Positions 47,483 to 55,516 of a DNA stretch of 64,000 bases are shown piece after piece (the stretch's first letter is position 1; every line of letters begins with the position of its first letter). The stretch is from Victivallales bacterium (GTDB taxonomy: Bacteria > Verrucomicrobiota > Lentisphaeria > Victivallales > UBA1829). The notes under the pieces are model-generated. The model searched no databases. It had not been told where the DNA came from and saw only the letters and a list, made by a program, of their open reading frames with translations. The translations under genes and the position numbers were made by a program. The stretch spans positions 945 to 64,944 of the forward strand of contig JBGUKN010000072.1 in NCBI GenBank assembly GCA_045114455.1, read 5' to 3'.

Positions 47483-49072
47483 ATGCTTAAAACCGTTGAA
47501 GTTTTGTTCTTTTTCCTGTTCTTTCTGCCTTTCCTGACAGCATTGGCCTGGATATTTCCGTTTCTCCGGCACGTTTACTTTACAGGAATGTTTTTTTTCA
47601 CCTGCAAAGAGATTTCCTTCGGCATCATGACGATTATGTGGAAAGGGACGGCACGCGCCTATACGTTCACGGCCGTATTCCTTTTTGCTGTTCCGCTGTT
47701 TTTCAGTATGGTCTTGGACTGGAAGACGAAGGTACGGTTTTTTCCTCCCGGTTCCATATTTTACTTTCTTTACTTCCTGTCCGTTCTGATTTCCGGAGTA
47801 AACGCCGTCCACATGCATCAATGGGGATTTGAAGTCTACAAAATGCTTTGGATGTACTTCGTCTTCATAGCGGCATTCAACTATCTGAACCATTGCAAGG
47901 ACCTCATTTTTCCCATTTATATGGTATGCATTATCCTGATTTATCTTTTTCTGGTTGGCTTCGACCAGAAATACAGGCTGGGAAGCATTCAAGTCCATTC
48001 GACATTTCCGCATCAGAACTCCCTGGCGCTGTATCTGGAGCTCCTGGGGCTTCTTTCGTTTGGCGTTCTGCTGAACGAGCATATGAGCAAATTGCTGTTC
48101 TGTCTCTGTCTGTTTGCTTTCGGCAGCTCCGTCCTCCTGATCCTTTTTACCTATTCCAGAGGAGCCCTGGTCACTTATTTCGGAGGTATTGCCATTGTTT
48201 GCGCGGCTTCCATATTGTTCAATGGCTTCTCCATTAGGCGGCTGACTCTTCTTCTGATCGGAATGATTGTCCTGCTGTGTGTGGTCGGTTATGCCTTGCC
48301 GAACATCATCAAACGGTTCACCGGTGCGTCGCCGGCTTCCAAAAACACAAGAATCGCGCTTGCCATCGCATCCAAAAAAATGGCAAATGATTATCCTTTA
48401 GGAGTTGGAGCCAACAATTACAGCGAGTATTCCGGATACAACTACGATTATGCCATTCAGGAGAACTATTCTCCACGGAAGGAACGTGGCGGAATCGTGG
48501 AAACCATCTACCTGCTTGTCGCGGCGGAATGCGGATGGTACGGCCTCGGCCTTCTGCTTCTCTGGTTTTTTTATTATTACTTTTCTCTCATCGTAAGCAT
48601 GTTTGTCCTTCGGAAAAAGCCATGTTCCGGCATCGTGATCGGACTCTTCGGCGGCCTTACCTGCATTTACTGGCATTCCACGCTTGAATGGAGCATGAAA
48701 CAGCCTAACAACTTCTCGGAACAAATGGTCATTTATGGGCTGATAGCCGCCATTGCAGTCAACCGCAAAAAGATCAAAGCCGCTTATCAACGACAGCTTG
48801 CCCGGGAAGCGGAACAGGAAAAAAAGAAAAAAAAGAAGGACGAAAAATCAATGGCAAGCCAATATTCGCTGCCGCTTCTGCCGGGAAGACAGTTCATGCT
48901 TTCTGTGGACACTGATAGTCTGCACTCTCAGATTCCTCCGACCATGAAGCCTGTCGACACGGCGCCCGAATCGTCCGGTGCTCAGGATGGACAGGAGCAG
49001 GTTCCTTCCATAAATCCCGCCGACGTGGATCTCGAATCGTCCGATGCTCGGGATGGACAGGGGCAGGAATAG
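47483..49072 (+). CDS. O-antigen ligase/polymerase-family (Wzy_C) membrane protein with a charged repeat-containing C-terminal tail
   Basis: More than 10 TM helices and FTYSRGALVTYFGG, typical of the Wzy_C loop. The tail has K-rich QEKKKKKKDEK and two ESS(G/D)A(Q/R)DGQ repeats. A TTG at 47465 is an alternative start. Confidence 0.75.
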   Translation: MLKTVEVLFFFLFFLPFLTALAWIFPFLRHVYFTGMFFFTCKEISFGIMTIMWKGTARAYTFTAVFLFAVPLFFSMVLDWKTKVRFFPPGSIFYFLYFLSVLISGVNAVHMHQWGFEVYKMLWMYFVFIAAFNYLNHCKDLIFPIYMVCIILIYLFLVGFDQKYRLGSIQVHSTFPHQNSLALYLELLGLLSFGVLLNEHMSKLLFCLCLFAFGSSVLLILFTYSRGALVTYFGGIAIVCAASILFNGFSIRRLTLLLIGMIVLLCVVGYALPNIIKRFTGASPASKNTRIALAIASKKMANDYPLGVGANNYSEYSGYNYDYAIQENYSPRKERGGIVETIYLLVAAECGWYGLGLLLLWFFYYYFSLIVSMFVLRKKPCSGIVIGLFGGLTCIYWHSTLEWSMKQPNNFSEQMVIYGLIAAIAVNRKKIKAAYQRQLAREAEQEKKKKKKDEKSMASQYSLPLLPGRQFMLSVDTDSLHSQIPPTMKPVDTAPESSGAQDGQEQVPSINPADVDLESSDARDGQGQE

Positions 49073-49101
49073 TATTTGAAAAACGTATCCGAGGAAGCCA
49101 G

Positions 49102-50256
49102 ATGAAGATCGCCGATAGAATGCACTGTACCGGATGCGGAGCCTGTGCGGATGCATGTCCGGCCGCCTGCATTTCCATGAAAGCATCGGAGGAAGGCTTC
49201 TGGTTTCCGGTCGTCGAGGAATCGCGATGCAGGGATTGCGGAATCTGCGGGACTGTCTGCCATGTTTTGAATCCTCCCGGAAAAAAAAGTCCGGAAAAAG
49301 CATTTGCCGCCTGGTCTTTGGATGAATCCGTACGAACGTCCAGTTCCTCCGGCGGCGTCTATTCCGTTCTTGGGGAATATATCCTTGAAAACGGCGGCGC
49401 AATCAGCGGTTGCCGTTTTGACGGGGACATGGTTCTGAAGCACGAACTGTGCGACCGGCCGGGCGGCACGGTTCACTTCCGCGGATCGAAATACGTTCAG
49501 TGTTTTACGGACGGAATCTACCGGATAATCCGTGACGAGCTTGCAAAAGGCAGAACGGTTCTTTTCACCGGTACGCCGTGTCAGGCCGCCGGATTGCGGG
49601 CCTATTTGGGGCGACCGTATGAGAATCTGATCGTCTGCGATCTGGTCTGTCACGGCGTCCCAAGCCAGAAGATATTCAGAAGCTACCTGAAACGGCATGA
49701 TCTGTCTCCTGATCCAGATCGTTCGGTCATCGCGTTCCGCGACCTGAACGGCTGGGGCGACTTTTATATTCGGATCATGGACCGGGGCAATCTTCAATGG
49801 CACTCCGACGATGCGACGAACGAATACATCCGTGCATTTCTGTCCGGATACGATTATAATGAAGCCTGCTACGAATGCCCCTATGCCTGCATGGAGAGGA
49901 CAGGAGATCTGACGCTTGCGGATTTCTGGGGGCTCGGAAAAAGCATCCCCTTTGACGGAGACCCGTCGCACGGCTGTTCCCTGATTCTTGTCAATACGGA
50001 AAAAGGCGGAGACCTGCTTCAAAACGTGCGGGACAGGCTGTTCCTGGAAGAACGGACATTGGAGGAAGCCCGGCAGGGAAACGGCCAGTTGAGGGCGCCA
50101 GTGCCAAGACAGCCGATGCGCGATACGTTTTACCGGATGGACTGGGCAGGAATTGCACGCAAGATCAACTATGGAAATCCCTCCCCTCTCCGCAGGCTGC
50201 TCCGTGTCTGCAAACGGACCGTTCTGAATATACTTCCGTGCGGAAGCAGAAAATGA
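49102..50256 (+). CDS. FrhB/FdhB-like Fe-S protein (coenzyme F420 hydrogenase beta-subunit family, polysaccharide-locus type)
   Basis: N-terminal CTGCGACADACP and CRDCGICGTVC ferredoxin motifs, followed by SSSGGVYSVL and GTPCQAAGLR, characteristic of the FrhB_FdhB C-domain. Confidence 0.7.
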   Translation: MKIADRMHCTGCGACADACPAACISMKASEEGFWFPVVEESRCRDCGICGTVCHVLNPPGKKSPEKAFAAWSLDESVRTSSSSGGVYSVLGEYILENGGAISGCRFDGDMVLKHELCDRPGGTVHFRGSKYVQCFTDGIYRIIRDELAKGRTVLFTGTPCQAAGLRAYLGRPYENLIVCDLVCHGVPSQKIFRSYLKRHDLSPDPDRSVIAFRDLNGWGDFYIRIMDRGNLQWHSDDATNEYIRAFLSGYDYNEACYECPYACMERTGDLTLADFWGLGKSIPFDGDPSHGCSLILVNTEKGGDLLQNVRDRLFLEERTLEEARQGNGQLRAPVPRQPMRDTFYRMDWAGIARKINYGNPSPLRRLLRVCKRTVLNILPCGSRK

Positions 50257-50310
50257 AAGCGGCAGCGGTCCATAATCAAAAAAGGCCGGCTTAAATTAAG
50301 GAGTTCCGTT

Positions 50311-51525
50311 ATGAAAATACTCTTAGGCGGCGTGCCGTTCGGCTGCGACAATATCGGCGACGAGGCAATCCTTGCCTCCGTAATCGGTCTCCTGCGCGAG
50401 ATATACCCGGATGCAGAACTCATCGTAAGTACCGGTGACCGCACCGGGACGGAACGCAAATTCGGGGTGAAGACCGTCCCTCTGTACGGATTTGACCCTG
50501 CGGCGCCCGCGGCGCGTCTGACCGAGGCGCTGGACGGCATCAATTTCTATATCTGGGCGGGTGCTACCGGACTGTCCGATTATCCGGAAATGGCCTGCAC
50601 ACTGCTTGAAACCGCTCAGGAAAAGGGCGTCCGGACGATCGTCTGGAATGTCGGGATGAACGATGTTTTCAATCCGGCTTTCTTCTCGCTTCACGGAAAA
50701 AAGAAAACGCTGGCGAACGCGGTAAAAACATGTTTCGGATTCGACTGGGAAAAACGCTGGATCGAACGGCGTGTCCACGCTATCCGGCAGAGATTGGCAC
50801 GCACCCTCGGACGCTGCGATCTGATCGTCCTCCGCGACCGGAAATCTCTGGAAGTGCTCCGCTTGTGCGCGCCGTTCCCGGACGCCGTCGCCGGAGCCGA
50901 CACCGCCATCCTGCAGAAACAGTGTCCGGCGGACGCTCTCCCCTGGAACGCATCTGAACAAGAAGTTTTCCGGTCTGCCTCCGCACGGATGGCCGTCTGC
51001 GTGTCGGAGCAGAACCGGATCCGTGAATTCGACCGGTTTACAGGCTGGCTCGACGGCATCCTGGAAACGCATCCCGGACTGCTTGTCGTGACGATCCCGA
51101 TGAACCCGAAAACGGATTTCCGGGTCATGGAGGAGATGAAGCGGCGCTCGAACTATCCCGACCGCATCCTGTCGACCCGCTTCCTTGAGCCGGAGGAAGT
51201 CCAGGCCGTCGCGGCGGACTGCTCCGTCATCGTCAGCAGCCGTCTGCATCTGCTAATCCTGGGGCTGAACAACCTGGTGCCCGGCGTCGGCATCGCACGC
51301 GGAAGCAAAATCGAGTATTTCCTTTCCCGGTTCGGCCTTACGACCGCGGGGACCACCGACGATCTCGACCTTCCCCGCCTGACCGAATCCGTGGATTGGG
51401 CGCTGACGCATCAGGACGAATTCAAACAAAGCGCCGCATCCGTCCGTGCCGGTTTGCTGGAAGACCTGAAACGGGCGGAAACACTTTTGAAACAGACATT
51501 GGAAAGCCCGCGTCCGCCCCGGTAG
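50311..51525 (+). CDS. Polysaccharide pyruvyl transferase (CsaB/WcaK family)
   Basis: NIGDEAILASVIGLL at the N-terminus and VSSRLHLLILGLNNLVPGVGI near the C-terminus. AAGGAG SD. Confidence 0.8.
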   Translation: MKILLGGVPFGCDNIGDEAILASVIGLLREIYPDAELIVSTGDRTGTERKFGVKTVPLYGFDPAAPAARLTEALDGINFYIWAGATGLSDYPEMACTLLETAQEKGVRTIVWNVGMNDVFNPAFFSLHGKKKTLANAVKTCFGFDWEKRWIERRVHAIRQRLARTLGRCDLIVLRDRKSLEVLRLCAPFPDAVAGADTAILQKQCPADALPWNASEQEVFRSASARMAVCVSEQNRIREFDRFTGWLDGILETHPGLLVVTIPMNPKTDFRVMEEMKRRSNYPDRILSTRFLEPEEVQAVAADCSVIVSSRLHLLILGLNNLVPGVGIARGSKIEYFLSRFGLTTAGTTDDLDLPRLTESVDWALTHQDEFKQSAASVRAGLLEDLKRAETLLKQTLESPRPPR

Positions 51526-51569
51526 ACGCACCTCGTTCTTCCCCGCATTCCAATCCCGGATGCATCAAC

Positions 51570-52937
51570 ATGGCACTCTTCGGAAAAATCATTGCCTGGA
51601 TCCTGCGGAACATCCTCACCATCGCCGCGATCACCGTGATCCTGTGTCTGCTTTCGCCCGGGATCCGCGTCGCTAAGGACAACGCCGCGAAACTGACGGA
51701 ACAGCGTGACGCGCTTCTCGACGGCATCCGGTCGGTCGAGGACGAGATCGCGAAAACGAAGGAATCGCTCGAAAGCCGCCTCTCCATGCTGGACCACTGG
51801 CGCGAACAAAGACGGGAATGTCTGGAAAAGATCGATGCCCTGCCCAACGCCTGGCTGCATCCGATCGACCACTGGTCCGAATACACCCGGCTCACAACGG
51901 AACAGAAACGTCTGGAACTTCAGATCGACACGCTGGAATCCACGATCGCGCGGTACAGGGATTCCCTCGCCCAGCTCGACAAAAACCGCCGGATGATGAT
52001 CTTTCAGCTCGACAGCGTGACGCAGTCCATTACGGAATCCGTCTCGCGGGAGTGGAACAGAAACGGCCTCAGGATCCTGCTGTTCACGATCTGCTTCGTG
52101 CTGCTCACGCCGCCTCTCTGGCTCGTGTTCATGTATTACTGCGTCGCCGCGCTCGTCGAGAAATTCCCGCCGATCCGCATCAGGCTCAAAGGCGACGACG
52201 GCGGGCACGAGCCCGTATTCCACCGCTCCGCGCGCAGCATCACGTTTTCGATCCCGGAAGGCCGCACGTTCTATCTGCGGGCGCAGGGCGGCGACTGGGG
52301 CAAAGAACGCCGCGATGTCGTCTGCCGGACCAAATTCATGTGGCGCTGGGGAGCGCCGCTCGTTTCGATCGCGTCGGACCTCGTGGAGCTCCTCGCATAC
52401 CGCAGCGAACCGGGCGCGAAGACCCCCGGCCAGATCAAGATGACCTCGCCGAAGGACGACGAGGTGTACATTCAGCAGATCGAGCTCAACGGCGGTCCCG
52501 GACTCGTCCTGACGCCGCGCCATGTGATCGGCCTGACCGATGACGTGGAGGTCCGCACGGTCTGGAGCTTCAAGCTCCACAACCTCATTTCCATGCGCCT
52601 GCGCCACATCGTTTTTTTCGGCACGGGCACGATCTTCATCATCGGTGGACGCGGCATCGACGTCCAGCGGATCGAGCCGGGTTCCAGCGCGGTCCACAAG
52701 ATCGAGGACGGCGTGCTCGTCGGCTATGTGCCCGGCGCGGCGTATTCTCTCTGCCGCACGCAGACCTTCTGGGCGTATTTCCGCGGGATGACCTCGCTGC
52801 TGGACTACAAGCTCTGCGGCGGCACCTTCCTCACGCAGAACCTGGTCGGACGAAGCGAAAAGGAAGTCCTCGGAAGCGGCCTCGACCGGTTCCTCTCCGT
52901 CCTGCTGAACGGCATCGGGAAACTCCTCGGATTCTGA
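51570..52937 (+). CDS. Membrane protein: N-terminal TM, coiled coil of about 140 aa, TM hairpin, beta-rich C-terminal domain (AIM24-like?)
   Basis: MALFGKIIAWILRNILTIAAITVILCLL, heptad-like LTEQRDALLDGIRSVEDEIAKTKESLESRL, and LRILLFTICFVLLTPPLWLVFMYYCVAALV. The C-terminal FFGTGTIFIIGGRGIDVQRIEPGSSAVHKIEDGVLVGY resembles the AIM24/DUF124 pattern. No SD was seen. Confidence 0.5.
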   Translation: MALFGKIIAWILRNILTIAAITVILCLLSPGIRVAKDNAAKLTEQRDALLDGIRSVEDEIAKTKESLESRLSMLDHWREQRRECLEKIDALPNAWLHPIDHWSEYTRLTTEQKRLELQIDTLESTIARYRDSLAQLDKNRRMMIFQLDSVTQSITESVSREWNRNGLRILLFTICFVLLTPPLWLVFMYYCVAALVEKFPPIRIRLKGDDGGHEPVFHRSARSITFSIPEGRTFYLRAQGGDWGKERRDVVCRTKFMWRWGAPLVSIASDLVELLAYRSEPGAKTPGQIKMTSPKDDEVYIQQIELNGGPGLVLTPRHVIGLTDDVEVRTVWSFKLHNLISMRLRHIVFFGTGTIFIIGGRGIDVQRIEPGSSAVHKIEDGVLVGYVPGAAYSLCRTQTFWAYFRGMTSLLDYKLCGGTFLTQNLVGRSEKEVLGSGLDRFLSVLLNGIGKLLGF

Positions 52938-52969
52938 ACCGCCGCGTGTCTTTCCGGCTCTCTGTTCGG

Positions 52970-53003
52970 CGCACCCTGTTTTTTTGAAAAAAACAGACGT
53001 GCG
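52970..53003. terminator. Inverted repeat, possible bidirectional terminator
   Basis: CGCAC-CCTGTTTTTTT-G-AAAAAAACAG-AC-GTGCG. The T and A runs are inside the stem. Confidence 0.3.
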
Positions 53004-53007
53004 GATA

Positions 53008-53035
53008 TTGAAAAACAACCCGAAAAACGTATATT
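53008..53035 (+). promoter_or_regulatory. Sigma-70-like promoter for glmM
   Basis: TTGAAA (53008-53013), 16-nt spacer, TATATT (53030-53035). Confidence 0.45.
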
Positions 53036-53149
53036 AACAGTATGGTTTTGTTCGAAAAGAAAAAAGCGGGCTGAATCATAGTCAATTCTAAAAAATGAAA
53101 CCACATTTGTCCGGCACGCTGAATATTGGCTGGACCGAAGGAGAAGTGT

Positions 53150-54529
53150 ATGGGGCGGTTATTCGGGACGGACGGCATCCGCGGCAAAGCAAATGAGTAT
53201 CCTATCACGCCGGAGCTCGCCCTGCTGGCGGGAAAAGCCGTCGCGCGGCATTTCTGCCGGAACACGTCCCGGAACGACGCCTTCGGCCAGCGCGGCAATC
53301 CGCGCGCCATCATCGGCAAGGACACGCGCATCTCCGGCTACATGCTCGAAACCGCGCTCGTGAGCGGCCTGGTGAGCATGGGCATGGACGCCTATGAAAT
53401 CGGGCCGATGCCGACGCCCGCCGTCGCCAGCCTCACGAAATCCATGTGCGCCGACTGCGGCGTCATGATCACCGCCTCCCACAACCCCGCCTCCGACAAC
53501 GGCATCAAGCTGTTCAGCGCCGACGGGTTCAAGCTCCCGGACGAGGTCGAGGACGACATCGAGCGCGCCATCTTCGCCATGATGGAGCATCCCGCCGACG
53601 GCACGCCGGATCTCGGCAAGGCGTTCCGTGTGGACGACGCTCGCGGCCGCTACATCCATCAGGCGAAACGCGCCATCGGCTACACCTCGCTGAAGGGCAT
53701 GAAGGTGGTGCTGGACTGCGCGAACGGCGCGTCCTACTATGTGGCACCGATCGTGCTGCGCGAACTGGGCGCCGAGGTCATTGCCACAGGCGTAAAGCCG
53801 GACGGCCTCAACATCAACAACGGCTGCGGCGCGCTCCACCCGGAAAACATGTGCCGTCTGGTGAAAGAGCACGGCGCGGACATCGGCGTGTCGTTCGACG
53901 GCGATGCCGACCGCGTGCAGTTCTGCGACCACACCGGGGCCGTCATCAACTGCGACCGCATCATCGGCCTGTGCGCGCTGGACTACAAATCGCGCGGCCA
54001 GCTCTGCAACGACACGGTCGCCGTCACGTCCATCAGCAACCTCGGACTGCACGACGCCATGCGTCAGGCGGGCATCAAAGTCGAAGTCACCAACGTCGGC
54101 GACCGTTACGTGATCGAGCGCATGCGCGAAAAAGGGCTGAACCTGGGCGGCGAGCAGACCGGACACCTGATCTTCCTGGAGCATTCTCCGACCGGTGACG
54201 GCCTCATCTCCGCCCTGCATGTGATGCGCATCATGAAGGAGACCGGAAAATCCATCGCCGGGCTCGCCGCGTTCATGCGGGAGTATCCGCAGATCCAGAG
54301 TTCGCTCCGCATCGCCGAACGCGTCCCGTTCGACGACCTGCCGGAGCTCTCCAAGTGCATCCGCGAGGCAAAACAGGACCTCGGGGACGCCGGACGCGTG
54401 ATCGTGCGCTATTCCGGCACCGAAAACAAACTTCGTATTCTCGCCGAAGCCAAAACGGAATCCGCCGCACGGCTCTGGCATGACAAAATAGCGGGCGTAG
54501 CGGCCCGCGAACTGGAGGTAATCCCATAA
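53150..54529 (+). CDS. glmM: Phosphoglucosamine mutase
   Basis: MGRLFGTDGIRGKAN, ITASHNPASDNGIKLF (active-site Ser), GVSFDGDADR, GGEQTGH. AAGGAG SD before the ATG at 53150. Confidence 0.93.
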   Translation: MGRLFGTDGIRGKANEYPITPELALLAGKAVARHFCRNTSRNDAFGQRGNPRAIIGKDTRISGYMLETALVSGLVSMGMDAYEIGPMPTPAVASLTKSMCADCGVMITASHNPASDNGIKLFSADGFKLPDEVEDDIERAIFAMMEHPADGTPDLGKAFRVDDARGRYIHQAKRAIGYTSLKGMKVVLDCANGASYYVAPIVLRELGAEVIATGVKPDGLNINNGCGALHPENMCRLVKEHGADIGVSFDGDADRVQFCDHTGAVINCDRIIGLCALDYKSRGQLCNDTVAVTSISNLGLHDAMRQAGIKVEVTNVGDRYVIERMREKGLNLGGEQTGHLIFLEHSPTGDGLISALHVMRIMKETGKSIAGLAAFMREYPQIQSSLRIAERVPFDDLPELSKCIREAKQDLGDAGRVIVRYSGTENKLRILAEAKTESAARLWHDKIAGVAARELEVIP

Positions 54530-55431
54530 TGGCATCGTTCGCATTCGAAATCTTCGAGCATGGCAATCCCGTCCTGCTGGAACCCCTGACCTGCAAAAAG
54601 CCCGCGCTGGAGCTGGAACTCGCCGCCGGCACGCTGGAATCCACCCTGCTGAGCCGCTGGTCCTCGATCCAGGATTCCGCCGCCCCCGGCACCCGTCTCC
54701 GCCTCGCCTCCGACTTCTGGCCCTCCAAGGCCCTGCTGGAAAAAGCAGCAGCCGCGCTCATCACAGGGCAGGCATTCTCCGTGACCGACGCCGACGGCGT
54801 GGCCGCCGAATGCACCGGATGCGGCGCAAACACCGTGTCCATCCCCGCCGACGAAGCATCCTTCCGCATCCGCTATCCGTGGGATCTGCTGAAGGTCAAC
54901 GAGGAGTACCTCGCGGGCTACACCGAGAACGTGATCAACGGCACCGTGCGCGAACGCGTCACGCTCGACGGCGTGGTGATCCTGGGCGAAGGCTCCGTGC
55001 TGCTCCCGGGCGTCTACATCGAGGGCGTCGCCGTGATCGGCAAGAACTGCAAGATCGGCCCGAACTGCTACCTGCGCGGCTACAACTTCATCTCCGACAA
55101 ATGCCACATCGGACAGGCCGTCGAGATCAAGAACTCCATCCTCATGACGCACGTCGCCGCAGGACACCTCTCCTACATCGGCGACTCCATCGTCTGCCAG
55201 AACGTGAACTTCGGCGCCGGCACCATCACCTCGAATTTCCGCCACGACGGCAAGAACCACCGTTCCATGGTCCAGGGCAGCCTCATCGACACCGGCCGCC
55301 GCAAATTCGGCTCCATCATCGGCGAGAACGTCCACACCGGCATCCACACCGCCATCTACCCGGGACGCAAGATCTGGGCCGACGTCCAGACCCGCCCCGG
55401 CGACGTGGTTCAGCTCGACCTGATGAGATAA
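54529..55431 (+). CDS. GlmU-C-terminal-like hexapeptide-repeat acetyltransferase (no recognisable uridylyltransferase domain)
   Basis: A long LbH run ends in NFGAGTITSNFRHDGKNH...IGENVHTGIHTAIYPG, like the GlcN-1-P acetyltransferase half of GlmU. The N-terminal 115 aa or so lack a GxGTR(K) loop. The ATG overlaps the glmM stop (TAATG). Confidence 0.65.
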   Translation: MASFAFEIFEHGNPVLLEPLTCKKPALELELAAGTLESTLLSRWSSIQDSAAPGTRLRLASDFWPSKALLEKAAAALITGQAFSVTDADGVAAECTGCGANTVSIPADEASFRIRYPWDLLKVNEEYLAGYTENVINGTVRERVTLDGVVILGEGSVLLPGVYIEGVAVIGKNCKIGPNCYLRGYNFISDKCHIGQAVEIKNSILMTHVAAGHLSYIGDSIVCQNVNFGAGTITSNFRHDGKNHRSMVQGSLIDTGRRKFGSIIGENVHTGIHTAIYPGRKIWADVQTRPGDVVQLDLMR

Positions 55432-55516
55432 CCGCACCTCGACCGCAATCCCGTCCGCCGGACGCAGCTCCATCCGTACGTCCGGCGGCTTTTTCAACTT
55501 TCAACAGGAAACAGCC

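Noticed and set aside
41340-49100. Mobile genetic element (genomic island with integration machinery)
   Set aside because: I could find no integrase, transposase, tRNA target or flanking direct repeats. Only the compositional shift supports foreign origin, so it is reported as a compositional island and not as a mobile element.
51411-53018. 535-aa minus-strand ORF
   Set aside because: It is antisense to the 51570-52937 gene and runs through the intergenic hairpin. The composition is Arg/Asp/Gly-rich. I chose the plus-strand frame for its TM and coiled-coil pattern, although that call is itself only moderate confidence.
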